Of a DNA stretch of 64,000 nt, positions 36,286-50,430 are shown piece by piece (positions within the stretch are counted from its first letter, which is position 1; every line of letters starts with the position of its first letter). Both the position numbers and the translations under genes were made by a program. The DNA is taken from positions 161,262,001 through 161,326,000 of the forward strand of contig OX597816.1 in assembly GCA_951406725.2 (NCBI GenBank). Direction: 5' to 3'. The notes below the pieces were generated by a model, which had not been told where the DNA came from, ran no database searches, and saw only the letters and a program-made list of their open reading frames with translations. The DNA comes from Octopus vulgaris (taxonomy: Eukaryota).

Positions 36286-38469
36286 GTGAACTCTTAACTA
36301 TTAATTACATTAGAGAACATGCCTGCACTTGCTGCAGTTTTTTTTTCTTTTATTTCCAACAAGACAAGATAAAAATATCATTTGAAGTAATGTTTGATAA
36401 GAGGAAGATTTTATTAGAACATTAAAGTAATATTATCTAGCGAGTGTATGTGTATTTGTTTGTGTGTGAGAGAGGGAATTGAAACATGTATACATGTAAA
36501 TCTCTACATGTGTGTACATGTATACATACACACACACACACACACATCATCATCATCATCATTTTTTAACATCCATTTCTCTGATACTTGCATGGGTTGA
36601 ACAGAATTCATTGAGACAGGTTTGCTCTCTCATCCTTTTCCCCACTTCCTGTTGCCAACCCTCACCTATTTCCAAGCAAGTTAGAATTTTCCCATGATCA
36701 AACATATTTTCGTGAAATACTGGAAACAAATAAAGTGACTGGAAATCAATGCATGATGATGACACTCATTTACAACTACCACATGATACCAAGACATAAA
36801 TGCTGTAGCACACATGCATGCATGCACATACACATGCACATGCATCAAATGAACAATAAAATTATTTGAGTTTCAGCTAATTAGACCTATTCACAAGGCT
36901 TGGGTTATCTCCGAGCCATAGCAAATGACACTTGCCCAAGGTGCCATGCAGTGGCACTGAACTCAAAGCCATATTGATATAAAGTCATGTTTATCATATT
37001 TGAGGATGCTCAGATGTGGGAAGACCTTCTGCTGTGAAAATACTCTCTGGAGAAAATTTTCTTCCTAAGCAACATGTGGGAAACCACATTGTGAACAATG
37101 TCACTGGATCTTAAGATGCATGCATTTTGCATTCTTTCATGCCAGCAACAAACACCAAATGCCGTATCTGTCATTCATAGACTGATAAGAATGAATCTGT
37201 TCTTATATTTGAACAGCATATGGAACATTTGTTGATGTGCTTAAAGCTTGGTCAAGCTAAAAGTGAATATTCACATCACCGAATGTACTGTATGTTGTTC
37301 CAATGCAAGAATGAATTTGTTCTTGTTGAGCTGTGGGTGACAGATTTGGTGTTCCTGGCTGATAACGTGAAAGAATGCAGAAATGTGTGCGTCCTACAAT
37401 TCAGTGCCGAGATTCATAGCACAATGTATTTTCACACTACTGTCTCGGGAAAGAATTTTCATCCAGGCCATCTATGTAAAAATTCAAATTTAGTTTGAGT
37501 AAAGGTAAAGTCATCCACAAGATTTAAACTTAAAACCATGAGAGACAAAAACTGCATGGTGTAAAGCATTTAGTTGGCACATTTCCTCTGTATTGATCAT
37601 CTTCAACCTCATACAATCACATATGTAGGATATTTATTTAATTTTTAATATATCAAAAGAAAGAATATTTTCATTTAACCCAAAAGGATTGAATTTTGTC
37701 TTCCACCTTCTGTTTCTAGAAATCCTGCTATTTGCTTTATTAATTAAGCTGTACTGATATTCCTTAAGTGAGTTCTATGTCACTCTAATAATTTACAGAT
37801 CTTTCTTCCGCTCGTATTCTTTCCTCTAACATCAAACTGTTCTAGTTTTAAAGCATGTACTTAAAAGACAGTTGTTCCTACAAAGCTGACAATCAATACT
37901 AGCTGCAGTGCAGAAAATAGAACACAGTAAATTGATAAACCATTAATGGCAAATATATTCAGACTCAATCAGCACCGAAATATTACTGATCTGCTCAAAA
38001 TATCTGCAGTTACATCTCGCTTTGTGTTGATTTTTGTCAATTTATTTTGGTAAATTGCCATTGTTAAAGCGTTCTAGCAAAATTTACTTTCTTTTGCTTT
38101 TTATCATATTTTATTATATTTATTTACTTTTTCATAAACCACTGAAACTTAGAAAGAATATATCAAAATTAAGGATAATGTTTTTTTTTTTGTAGGGTTG
38201 ACTGTATAATGACTGTGTAATGACAGTGTAATAAAAGTTAAAATTTCACAATTGCTATATATTAAGAATAAGTATGGGTTTATCGTGCATACTCTTTCAG
38301 TCCTTTATCTATTCCTTTATTATGGCCATGACTCATGACCTTAGAAGAACTTGAACTCAAAATTAAGTTATATTTGTTAATTATACAGAGATGTGAGCAG
38401 TGAGTTAGTCAAATTGTTAGAACATTGGAAAAAATTCTTTGTGCTATTGTTTCAGCTTTTTACAGGTGA

Positions 38470-39550
38470 TGCTCAATTAAAATATACAATTGCCGACCAA
38501 TATGAAGAACATCAAGGTGGAAAGCTGGCAGAAACATTAGCATGCTGGGCGAAATGCTTAGCTGTATTTCATCTGTCTTTACATTCTGAGTTCAAATTCT
38601 GCTGAGGTCGATTTTGCCTTTTATCTCTTTGGGGGGTCGATAGATTAAGTACCAGTTATGTACTGGGGTTGATCTAATTGACTGGTCCCCTCCTCAAAAC
38701 TTTTGGGCCTTGTGCCTTGAGTAGAAAAGAATATGAAGAACATCATTACTCGTAAGATTCACCAAGAGTCCATCCCAAGCTGTTACTGTCAGGACCCTAA
38801 AGCTTGCCCACTTAACCAGGCATGTATAGTAAACTCTGTCATATATGAGGCAGAAGTTACAGCAGTGATTCGAGATGACCTAACCAAAAAGACAAAAACA
38901 AATTACAGCAGGTTATGTGAAGATGATTTGAAAAGGTGTTATGCAAACCATCTATCTTTCCAGCACAAGCTGGCTAGTCACATATGGGTTTAAACACTGA
39001 CGACACACCTCATATAATCAAGTGGAGAATCAGAGAGAAATCCATCCCATATGTTAATGGATCTAAGAAATGCAACTTATGCATTGCTGATAAATTTCAC
39101 GTTCTTTTTAGATCTAAGTATTCAGTCACACTACTGAATTCCATGTCTGACATTTTCAGAATAAGGACAAATTTCTTTTAGAGAAATAGAGGACACCCTC
39201 TCCAAATTGAGCAGCTGTCTCACAGACTTTGGACCTTTCTCTGTAGAATAATTCTACAACAATTAGCTTAAATATAGCTTTATGGTTAAAGGGGACATAA
39301 CCCCCAATTTTCTTGTTTGTCTTTCCTTTTCTGTTTTTATTCACTCTTCCACTTTTTGCATCTGTCTTCTTGGTTTTACTTGTGATTTCTCTTGTACCAG
39401 CATCCTGATTTGTAAATAGAATAGACCATATGCTCAGAACGTAAAGATTGTTTTGAGACAAAAGGTGTGTTATAAAAAACTGCCTAGACATTTGTCTCCA
39501 AAGCAAGAAACTTAGTAGCTTGTGTCATTACACTGTGTACATTAAATGAT
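38470..39550 (+). pseudogene. Penelope-like element, C-terminal GIY-YIG endonuclease region and 3' end, decayed
   Basis: IKIYNCRP/NMKNII...SCYCQDPKACPLNQACIVNSVIYEAEV...YSRLCEDDLKRCYANH...LASHIW / IKWRIREKSIPYVNGSKKCNLCIADK...LLNSMSDI matches the CxC..CPL..C-VIY-Y..-CNLC..K-LN pattern of C-terminal EN+ PLEs. Confidence 0.85.
38515..38729 (+). mobile_element. SINE family C, full length, nested in the PLE
   Basis: 16-bp TSD AATATGAAGAACATCA (38499-38514, 38730-38745); B-box-like GAGTTCAAATTC. Confidence 0.92.
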
Positions 39551-39974
39551 ATACATGTATGTATGTATGTATGTATGTATGTATGTATGTATGTATGTAT
39601 GTATGTATGTATGTATGTGTGTGTATATGACTATGTGGCACCTTGAGCAAGTTTCCTCTACTCTAGTTCTGGGTTGACCGATATCTTGTGAATGAACTTA
39701 ACTTGCAAGATAGAAACTGAGCCCATGTGAATGATGACGTTTTACAAACATGAAAAATAACTGAAGTATGGGTGGTGTTGTTTATTGTCATTCTACTGTC
39801 AACAAATTGTCCAGTAGCTCTGCACTTTCAAAGTATATAATAAGTATTCATATAACCCACACTAGCATAGAAGAGGAAATGTAATACAAATAAATGAATA
39901 TATATATATGCTGGATTATATACAGGCTGTTATATCTACATCAGCATTTGAAATACATATCTGCAAATAAGATA

Positions 39975-40184
39975 TTCTTTTATTTGTTTCAGTCATTTGA
40001 CTGCGGCCATGCTAGAGCGCTGCCTTTAGTCGAGCAAATCAACCCTAGGACTTATCCTTTGTAAGCCTAGTATTTGTTCTATTGGTCTCTTTTGCCAAAC
40101 CGCTAAGTTACGGGGATGTAAACACACCAGCATCGGTTGACAAGCGATGTTGGTGGGGACAAACACAGGCACACAAACATATAT

Positions 40185-40220
<36 letters not shown>

Positions 40221-40383
40221 GACAGGCTTCTTTCAGTTTCCATCTACCAAATCCACTCACAAGACTTTGGTCAGCCTGAAGCTATAGTAGAAGACACTTG
40301 CCCAAGGTGCCATGCAGTGGGACTGAACTTTGAACCATGTGGTTGGTAAGCAAGCTACTTACCACACACCCACTCCAGTACCT
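39975..40383 (-). mobile_element. SINE family B, full length
   Basis: Colinear with 29960-30357. Confidence 0.9.
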
Positions 40384-40614
40384 ATATATATATTTAAGTT
40401 TATTCAATTCCTTGATTTTTTTTCCATCTTTAAAAAAATCTTTTTGGTTTCTTTGAAAGGGTAGCAATGAAAATAGAACAGTAATATAATAATAGGCAAA
40501 CAATACACAAGAAAAATATAATATGCTGTTCAGTTAATTTAGATTTCTAATGGCTTTTAACAAATTCTGAGGAGATGAAACAAGTTAAATGTCATCATAT
40601 TTTTTTTACATGCT

Positions 40615-40649
<35 letters not shown>

Positions 40650-41137
40650 TTTATTACTTTGTCATCTGTGACAATGATATGGTTCAAATAAAAAGAATAG
40701 TTGCAAATAGCTATTTTTTTTTCAAGTAAGAAAGTAATATCTAATTATTAATGGATTCACCTAATTTTCTTTTTAAAGTTTAAATATTGTTTTCATTTTT
40801 AAGTTTGGACTTTTTCTTTGTTAATTTTAATGTTCTTGAAGAGAGGAATAAGAAATGGAATGCAGAGAGGTTAAAAGAAGAGGAATACTGGAATAAAACT
40901 GAAATGAATGTAAGAATACAACAAACCTGTTCTTATATAATGGGCCACTAAAGTTAATGGCTTTGAAATATATGTAATTTAATCAGTGAACTATAATAAT
41001 TTAATTCTAAATCAATGTTAATATAATAGCTGTTTTCTAGCCTTGATGGTATAAAAGGTTCTCTGTAATAAAATATGCTAGTAAAAGACAAATATCTCTG
41101 CATGTTTATAATATAGTGTTTAGCTCTGGTTTCATAA

Positions 41138-41352
41138 TATTCTTTTCTACTCTAGGCACAAGCCCTGAAATTTTGGGGAAGTTGGGGCAGTCGATAGATC
41201 GACTCCAGTACACAACTGGTACTTAATTTATTGACCCCAAAAGGATGAAATGCAAAGTCGACCTCGGTGGAATTTGAACTCAGAATGTAAAGACAGACGA
41301 AATACCGCTAAGCATTTCACCCGGCATGCTAATGTTTCTGCCAGCTCACCAC
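41138..41352 (-). mobile_element. SINE family C with TSD CTGGTTTCATAA
   Basis: Family C body; CTGGTTTCATAA on both sides. Confidence 0.88.
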
Positions 41353-42223
41353 CTGGTTTCATAACATTAACAGATGAGAGATAAAATTCTCCTGTATACA
41401 ATGCTAATTTATTATAATTCACATTCCCAATAGATCTACCTTTGCAATCAGCTTAGTGAACCGATGTATGCAAAATCAAGTGTGCTCCTTTCCTTGGTCA
41501 CAATGAAGCATCTGCAGCAGATATGCATTCACGAACTGCGAATAGCATAGTTCAATAACTTATATACCTAACCACCTTTATAAACTACAATAAATCCTTA
41601 TCTATTGCTTGAAGGATTGCTTTGAGAATTTATCCTCTCTTTTACTCAGGAAGAACAGATTAAGTTAGCAGTCCATTGTGTTAGAGACTATTATGGAATT
41701 ATTTATTGCTATAGAGAGTGAGAAGTAGTGCCACCCACAGGCATTGAATTAAGGTATACTGAACAGTTTAATACGACAAGCCTGGATATTGCATATTAAG
41801 ATGGTGGTTGGGCATGTATGCTTCCATGTGTGTAGTCAATGGATACCAGAATAAGACAACTAGATAAGGAAAAGAAGGAAAAAGCTATACAGTCAACATG
41901 ATAGAAAGAATAGCTCTCTCACGTAAGAGATGATAACTTATATCATCATCATCATCATCATCATTTAGCATCTGTTTTTCATGCTGGCATGGGTTGAACA
42001 GCTTGACAGTATGTGGTAAAACCTGGGGCTGCATCAGGTTCCATAGTTTGTTATATATATATCACCATCACCATCATCATCATCATCATCATCATCTTTT
42101 AACGTCCATCTGCTTTCTATGTTGGCATGAGTTTGATGGTTTGACTGATGATTGACAAGCCAGGAGGCTGCACCAGGCTCCAATCTCAAATATGTATGTA
42201 TGTATGCATGCATGCATGTATAT

Positions 42224-42560
42224 AAGGCAGCGAGTTGGCAGAGTTGTTAGTATGCCGGGCGAAATGCTTAGCAGCATTTCGTCTGCCATTATGTTCTGAG
42301 TTCAAATTCTGCCAAGGTCAACTTTGCCTTTCATCCTTTCGGGGTCGATTAAATAAGTACCAGTTATGTACTGGGTTCGGTGTACTCAACTTAATACCTT
42401 TGTCTGTTCTTGTTTGTTGCCTCTATGTTTAGCCCCCTGTGGGCTATAAAGAAATAAATATTTCATCTGTCGTTATGTTCTGAGTTCAAATTTTGCTAAT
42501 GCTTACTTTGCCTTTCACCCTTTCGGGGTCAATAAAATAAGTACTATTTGAGCTCTAGAG
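42224..42560 (+). mobile_element. SINE family C with partial internal duplication
   Basis: GTTCTGAGTTCAAATT...CTTTGCCTTTCA..CTTTCGGGGTC occurs twice. Confidence 0.85.
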
Positions 42561-42964
42561 CCAATTGCAATTGACTTAACTACTCTTGGGTAAGAGTATA
42601 GAAGCTGTATCCCTCTGCCAAACCATGTCGAACCAGTGTGGCAGAGTAGGCTCATTAAACCATTATGATTACTTAGTGGAAAGAACATGCTCAGACTGCC
42701 AACATGCAATGAACTGAATATCAGCAATCCATCCAATATAATCCAGTCCACACACATACATACACACACAAACACAGACACAAACACAGGGTGTCACACA
42801 CACAAATAGGCTAGATATGGCATGGTTGTGTGATTAAGAAGTTTACTTTCCAACCATGTGGTTCTGAGATCAGTTGCACCACATGACATCTTTACTAAGT
42901 GTCTTCTAATTTAGCTTTAGGCATTCACAGTGGATTTGGTATCATATATATATATATATATATA

Positions 42965-43330
42965 TAAATAATTTGAGAAAAAAATTTCCAAATCAATCAG
43001 GTGTAACCCTACAGCGTTATATGCATCAACATATCACACTTTGGGGTCTTATTTATCATATATTTCTATATTTATCTATAAATATACAAAGTATCTGATA
43101 AAAGTCAATATTCAATTTTTGGGGATTAATCGATATGCGGGTATCCTATTTCAGATAATACAAAAATAACTTAATGAGTATATATCTTACAGTAAACCCA
43201 TGGTATCCTTTTGCACATCCTGAAATAATACTTAAAGGCTATGACCAAAATTACCAGCAGGGTATATAATATACTTCATTAATTATATCCCACTTTAGTT
43301 AATACTTATATTTATTAAATATGAAGGAAC
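42965..43330 (-). mobile_element. probable Penelope-like 3' remnant
   Basis: AT-rich insertion abutting (TA)n, with a very degenerate hammerhead-like segment on the minus strand near 43185-43230. Confidence 0.3.
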
Positions 43331-44539
43331 TAGCACGGGTGCTTTTTACATGGCACCACCAAAGGTACTTTTTATGTGACACTGGCATCGGTGCTTTTTA
43401 TATGCAGCATGTGGTTGTGAAACCAACTTCTTACTACACAGCCACACCTGCATGTGTGTGTATTCATTATGAAGTTTACTGTTAGAGTGTTCAGTTAGTG
43501 ACTTATAATGCAAGAGTATAAATGAAGAGAGCTTATTGTATCAGGGACTTCAAGACTAGCCTGCTGCCTAGGAATAGTCCTAGATTGGAGTTTGTATTTG
43601 TGTGAGAACAATTTCTTAAATGATTCATTATATAAGAATATTACACACAGTGATTTAATACACAAAGAAGTTCACTCAGTAATTTAATGTATAAGAGTCT
43701 TCTTCATGTGGTTGTTTTATGGTGGTGGGCATGTTCTATACAGGAGACCATTGCATGAGAATGTTCTCATTGTGGTTTAAGTCTCCAGAGAGAATTTACT
43801 GTCTGGTTAGTGTTTTATATGGGAGCATTTACTGAATCTTTTACGAGGTGAGGCACATTAATATATATGATTTATTGCCATCAAACTACTAAATATTTTG
43901 ATAGACTCTCAAAACAGAACTGTAAAACTTTACAGCATGTCCTTGCATCTCTGATTTAAATCATTTTATTTTCATTTTACCTTTCATCATTTTAAATAGA
44001 GGTCACCAAACTGTAGACTGCAGTGAGATTTTAAAGATATTTTAATCACTAGTGTTAATAGATATCATTCTTAGGCATATACAGTTGCAGAAAATCAATA
44101 CCGAACAATAACCAAAACTCAGTTATGTCCATGCACACAGCAATTAAAGATTTAAAAGATTGGAAAATAAGCAACGAAAGAGAGAAATATTTGCTTGAAA
44201 TAATACCATATGAGATATATAGATATATGGCTCATATAATTATGTAGCATTGAATAAAGAGCTGGAAGAATTTTTAGTTATATGTTTTGACAAATTTGCT
44301 TCAATTGAACAATTAATAATAGGTTTTTATAAGATATGTTTATGCCATTTTCAGAAACTAAATTTATATTTTGATGTGGTTTTGAACTGTACTAGGATCC
44401 AGAAGATTGGTTCAATTTTTGACCGCATTTATTCCACATAATCAACAACCATTTTCCTTGCTTCTTATGTTTTATTCCATTCCGTATCATCATTAAAAAA
44501 TTATTGGATGATATTGCTAATGATAGTAAAAACTATGGT

Positions 44540-44572
<33 letters not shown>

Positions 44573-46449
44573 ATAACATCTGTCTTCTATGCTAGCATGG
44601 GTTGGACGGGTTTGACAGGATCTAGTGAACTGGAAGACTGTGTTGAAATCCATTATCTATGTTGGCATGGTCTCTATGGCTGGATGCCCTTCTTAATGTT
44701 AACCACGTTATAGAATGTACTTTTTCATGATACCAACACTAGGGAGGTTGCGAAATAACTGAGTGAGGTTGTAGTAGAGGGGAGGTGGCTTTATACCAGG
44801 TGTTCAGAGGTTAAGTATGATAGAGAGATATGTACAGGTGACTTGCTTTAGAAGAGAGACATGGCTCCCTCATTATATAGGACTGGGTAAACAAAGATGA
44901 TAATTATTGTGAGGGTGATGTTGTTGATGATGATGAGTTATTACTATTGTTAGTAGTGGTGTAGTAGTGATGATAGTAACAGCAATAGAACACGTGTATC
45001 AATTTATAAGAATGAAAATAAAAGCTTAAGTGTTTTGATTGCTTCTGTTAAGATATAAAACAGATGATAGACTTCCTCATTTACTGTGATGAATGAAGAT
45101 CCAGACAACCAAGACAACAGGATATTGCACATTAAACCAACCAAAAGGTTGCCTGTACGTAACCAATGAGTGGTACTGCATTGTTTGTGTGACCCTATTA
45201 ATTAACACTGAGCGGCTAAATCCACCTAAGCAGATATCTCTATTGTGAGCAGTGGCTGGATAACAGAACTGATGAAAGGAGTGATTTGGTATTTTACAGT
45301 GCTAAAATAAATCTTATCCAATGTGATGGAAACAGGAAATAAGCAATGACTCAGTTGACCAAAAACGTCCATGATAATAATAATTGTCAAATATATTATC
45401 AATATTTGAATATACTTTCTATCATACTGGCACTGGTTGGCTTTTTGCCATTCCTTGTTATTTACTGGTATTTTGTCTGTAAGACTGAACATTGTAAAAT
45501 CCAACCTCATTGTATCTTCTCTGCCATAAGTACCTTCTTCTATTAATGCATGGCTTGTTTTTACACAGCTGGTATTGTACCTTTGCATCATTAGTCTATT
45601 CATGTACTTCTGCCTCTCTTTCATATACCAGCTGATGCTTTAATGCTCCACCACACTTCACTTGCATTCCACCTCCGCCTTTCATTAAGCTAATATTGTA
45701 TAATATATCATACAATTCCACTCACGGGGGTCAAACTGACCATTTTATGGTTTTTCATGTCTCTTCTATTAATTACTCTTACAATGAAGAAAAACTATAT
45801 ACAATCACTCAACCTGCTATACATAGTGGCCATATCTTCTTAAAATATGCCCTACCCCTTAATATACTCCCTGATATGCAAAAAGATAGGATGAGCATGA
45901 TTGGAATGCTTTTTGATCATAAGTTTAGAAATGATTAAAGAGATTATTAGCCATGGAATTTACCAGTGGGTCTCTTACTAGTTAAGGAGAATATATTGAA
46001 TTACAGAAAATACAGTTCTGTTTTATATAAGTGGTGGATATAGGTATGTGTATGTGTGTAACAGTGAGCGGTGTAATACATATATCAATAAAAACTGTTT
46101 CCCACATTCTGTGAGTTTGATAATACTGTAATATTTGATATGTGATATTATATTTTTAAGTATATAATACCAGGGGGCCTGATTATGATGACTGCTTGAT
46201 CATTGCTAATCTTGGGTTAAACAACAACAAATCATAGTTATCTAGAGATCTTACTGCACCTTTTTTAAACCCATTGTATGCACCAATATTAAATTCCTAT
46301 CTAATCAAATAATACTGATCATGCATTGAGCCTATCAAATATTGATCTATTATTAATGTATATTGATGCAGAGTTGTTCTAAACTGATATTAAATTATAG
46401 TAAATCAATAATATGCTGATATGATCACTGCCAAGCATGGCCACACCTC

Positions 46450-47320
46450 ACTGAGTGGAACCAGTTAATGAGTTGTTTTTTTTTTTTCTTTCTTTTACTT
46501 GCTGGATTTGGTGGAAAAGGTAGTTACCCATGGCCTTTGCAAGCCCTCTGAGACCAGTGAAATTGATGCTGTTAATGTTCTGCTTAAACTGTTGCAAGTT
46601 GACACTTGCTTTGTTTGAGGGTATTGGAAGGAATATCATCAGAAATGCTGGCCCTCTTACATTGAACTTTGCTTGGATGTTTGCTAGAGGGTAAACCTGG
46701 TGGAGTAGAAGGGGATAATCTTGTAAGAGCTTTCCTAAGTTTGTGCAGTGTGAATTTGGATGTAAAAGTAGGTAGCAAAAGTTGAGGCCTCCTCAACAGG
46801 ATTGCTGCTCACAGAGCCAGAGAAATGGAGCAAAAAAGAATTCTGCAAGGTTGGCAGAGATCCTTCTGGGAAGGAATCAAAAGACTTGGCTGCAGTTTGG
46901 TGGGGCAGGAGCACCGAGGGTTGCACAGTACATGGAAGTATCCTTTGATAGTGATCTTGCTGGATAAATGCTGCCTAGTTTTGGGAAATGGTTGAATTTT
47001 TTCAGTATTATAGGCCTTGTTTTGTTTTTATTTTTTGTAGCTAAAGTAAACCACTTGGAGACTTGGAGCATTGAGCTTTTGTTGTGTATGAGATGTGGAG
47101 GGATATGACTAAAAGGATAGTTTCAATCACATTTTATTTTTGCTGGGTTAGGAGAGCAGCACATGTGCTGCCAGAGATGGTGAGCATAGAACTGGTGAAA
47201 GAGCTCTGACCAATCAGCTGAGATATCATGTCATGAAGTCTATTTCTATGCATGTGTGATGGGATGGTGATAGGCATTGGGTAGTACACGGATGTATGTT
47301 GGGCATGATTAAGTAATGAA
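46450..47320 (-). pseudogene. highly decayed CR1/L2-like LINE ORF2 fragment
   Basis: Peptides such as GSVSSNPVEEASTFATYF and FTLHKLRKALTRLSPSTPPG resemble the linker preceding LINE RT domains (KAxxFxxxF; VxKALxxLxxxKAxGPD). Confidence 0.5.
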
Positions 47321-47545
47321 TTCGTTACAAACAGATTTTAAACTAATCAGAGGCTGATTGACATTTAACCTAGCAAAATATTGAAATAATGATGTTGTGA
47401 TCATACATAACATCTAATACTGTAATATTGATCTAATATTGTTACAATCTAAGTTTATATTATTATTTAAAATGTATCTTTTCACAAAAACAAGGGTGAA
47501 TGCTTAATAAAGGTCAATGCTTAACTTTTGCTTTTCTCTCATTAA

Positions 47546-47758
47546 CCCTTTTGTGGTTATATTTCTAATTAAACATTGTCTACATGTTTCAATTAATTTT
47601 TAAAATAATCAAGAGTGGGGTTAGTAAAATAACTAACATCTTCATTATGAAGTTGGTGTATAGAACATAACTGTACAATGGTTCTAAATTCAGAATAAAC
47701 TCATTAAAAGTAACAGGTTTGTTTCATGGAACCAGAGGCATAATGATGTCTATATGGG
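47546..47758. mobile_element. piggyBac-like MITE
   Basis: TTAA-CCCTTTT...GGG-TTAA; homologous to 54661-54875 and, inverted, to 53602-54030. Confidence 0.7.
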
Positions 47759-47794
47759 TTAAATAAAAGAGAGGTAAAACGTCTTTTTTTACAG

Positions 47795-47812
47795 GATGTT
47801 CGTCTCCGTTAG
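47795..47812 (+). CDS. candidate 18-nt microexon GATGTTCGTCTCCGTTAG
   Basis: TCTTTTTTTACAG acceptor, AG|GTAAAT donor, 3n length, two CpGs retained in CpG-poor surroundings; open in phase 1 (xCSSPLx) and phase 2. Confidence 0.3.
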   Translation, partial: DVRLR

Positions 47813-48592
47813 GTAAATTTCTGATGCCTTTTTCTTGGCTACTGAATTCACATGATAGAAATATCACAGCTTCTTTTAAGACTAAGTATTTCTCTTTTAG
47901 AGGTGTTCATTTCCTTTCACCAACCCCTACCCCCTACTTAAAGCATTCTACTAATTCTTTTCCTCTTCCTTGGGTAGAAAACTCAATATTGTTGGAATTC
48001 ACATGATTTCCTGTTGAAGGTACCGCTATGAAGATACTTCCTGGTGATTTACTAAAAAAAATAACTAAATAGTATATGAATGTATGTATGTATGTATGTA
48101 TGTATGTATGTATGTATGTATGTATGTATGTATGTATATGTCTGTCTGTCTGTCTATCTATATATGTATCTATCTATCTATATGTGTGTGTGAATATATA
48201 TATATATCCTTAACAGAAGGGGGCAACATTTTTAGGGATGACGATATAGTGCATGAAGGTGGTGGTGCCTTACTAACACTTTGAGGCTATAGTAAATGAA
48301 GGTGAAACTAGCACCATGCTAGTACTTTGCTTGTTGACCTTGGGGGGAATGAAAGACAAAATCAACTTTGGTTCAGGGTTGGAATAAAACACAATAAATA
48401 ATATTGAAACAAGAAAAATAAAACAGAACAGATGCAATTTATTATGAGAAAGCTGAAGGGTTTCAGAGTTGATTGACTCAAGTGTGTCAAGTTATTGTTT
48501 CATAACTGGCAAATTTTCTTTGATTCAAATCATCAATTCCTATGTAGCATTTGACACACACTTGGTTCTTTAAATAAAACCCAGTAGCTTAC

Positions 48593-48655
48593 CTCAGGGG
48601 TCTCTTTATTATTTTCTTTGGTTTTTACCACATTCTCGTATATTATCTGTGCCAT
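48593..48655 (-). CDS. candidate coding exon MAQIIYENVVKTKENNKETPE
   Basis: ATG-initiated 21-codon open frame ending at a strong GAG|GTAAGC donor (phase 0). No homology recognised. Confidence 0.2.
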
Positions 48656-49419
48656 ACAACTAATTTAGTAGTGCCTGATATACAGTTGTCATACAGTCTG
48701 TTGAGAAGTGATACTGTGCAGGTTTGTGCTAAAATAGCTACCAAAATGTATTATTGCTAAGACATTCAAAGAGGAGAAAGAATTTTAACAGAATATCATT
48801 GAAATAGCTGAGGTAGAAATTCCGTACTGTGCCCACATAATATCTTAATTTCCCAAATTCAGTGATTCAAATGAGATTAACCTCTTGGGGGTTCCTATTT
48901 AATTCCCTAAATATTATTTATTCTGAGTTGGGTTTCTTTATTTTTATTTTTTTTTTTTAATATCTATAAGTGATAAAGAATGGTAAAATAACATCCTTTT
49001 CCTTATGTTAAAAGTATGCACACTTGATTTTGTTTGTTAAGATAAGCTTGAAAATGTTTCATTTCACTTTCTTCAGACTTCATAGTGAATATTTTTTTTT
49101 ATCAATATACATGGTCAACATTTAGGGAAATGGGTGTAGTTAGTTGATGGACTTTCTCCAAGTACACTGCTAATTCTTATTTCACCAACAGTGGATCAAT
49201 AAATACTACAGCAAAGACCTCTTTCCGACAAGAAACTGCAGGTTATGAAACTGGTGCATCAAATAGTACTCGGAAGAAACTTGAGGGCTCTGTGGCCTGC
49301 TACTAATGGGAATAGAAAATATAAAGAGTTTGAAAACAAGGTTTGTCAAGCTCTTTATAAAATGACAGGATCTACAGTGGAGAAACTGGGAAAGTTAAGA
49401 AGCTCAATGTACCAGGAAA

Positions 49420-49748
49420 GGAATTGCTTTGTTGGGCACAGTGTGAGGCAACTGTTGTTATCGTTAAGCCTAACTCATCGTAAAGTAAATACCACCATGA
49501 CCAATATCCAAACTACAGTGGAAAAGGCTAGCCACTGGATTCAAAAGTGACAATGAGCAATGGCTAGAAGAATGATGAACTTTATTTGATAACCAGTGAC
49601 AGGGGTGCCAGTGCACATTAATGCTGTTGAGAGGTAGGCCCCCAATACAGCATGCATTCTCTCCTGCTGATCCCATACACTTGCTAGCTTCTGGTATGCA
49701 GAGCTCTTGAGTGGCAGCACTTGCATGTGCAACTTGTTTGCAAAACAT
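49420..49748 (+). mobile_element. RLE-type (HERO-like) non-LTR retrotransposon 3' end
   Basis: FVGHSVRQLLLSLSLTHRKVNTTMTNIQTTVEKASHWI resembles the C-terminus after the restriction-like endonuclease (GFVxxSxxxLLxxLG...AEKASxWLW); second copy at 21443-21653. Confidence 0.65.
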
Positions 49749-49817
49749 CTGAGGGAACACAAAACAGAATTTCCATTCAAATTGAAGAAATTACATAGTT
49801 TAATGTATGGAATTTAG

Positions 49818-50030
49818 AGAGTTGCATGGTGATCTCACTATTGCCAGTGACGCAAAAAAAGCACCTGGTACATGCTGTAATGTGGTTGGTGTGAGGAAGG
49901 GCATCTAGCCATAGAAACTATGCCAGACACTGGAGCATGACACCGGAGCAGTCCTTGGATCATTCAGATCTTGTCAAACCATTCGACCTATGCCAGCATG
50001 GAACATGCACATTAAATGATGATGATGATA
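49818..50030 (+). mobile_element. SINE-like family A
   Basis: GAGGAAGGGCATCTAGCCATAGAAAC...TGCCAGCATGGAA followed by an expanded (GAT)n tail running to ~50155. Confidence 0.8.
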
Positions 50031-50206
50031 GTGGTGATGATGATGGTGGTGATGATGATGGTAGTGATGATGATGATGGTGATGATGATTGTGATGATGA
50101 TTGTGATGATGCTGATGGTGGTGATGATGATGGTGGTGATGATAGTGGTGATGATAACATTAATATATTTAGTCTATTGCTTTGGTCACTCTGATCTTAA
50201 TATTTT

Positions 50207-50430
50207 TTAAGTGGCCACAACTGAGATGTGTTTTACTAAGTCATACCAGAAATCTCTGTCTTCCATTAGCTTTGGTAGGTCCTCAACTTCTCTGCAAATA
50301 ACATCAATGTAGTTGTGCAGTCTTTGTCCTATACTAGTCTGTGCAAGTTTCCAACATATGACATCTGATATAACCTGAGATTCAGCATGATATATTAATT
50401 GGCTAGCAAACTCTGCTCTGTATTGATCTA
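50207..50430 (-). pseudogene. RTE/RTEX-like LINE C-terminal fragment
   Basis: FASQLIYHAESQVISDVICW...NYIDVICREVEDLPKLMEDRDFW resembles RTE-type C-termini (FAGH..R...SDVLLW...YID...DL..AMEDR..W). Confidence 0.6.

Noticed and set aside
39448-39506. SECIS-like long stem with A-rich apical loop after a PLE ORF
   Set aside because: No AUGA on the 5' side to form the kink-turn core, and no TGA at conserved Cys positions in the ORF relic.
49937-50210. Asp-rich or Met-rich ORFs
   Set aside because: They come from the expanded (GAT)n tail of a family A element.
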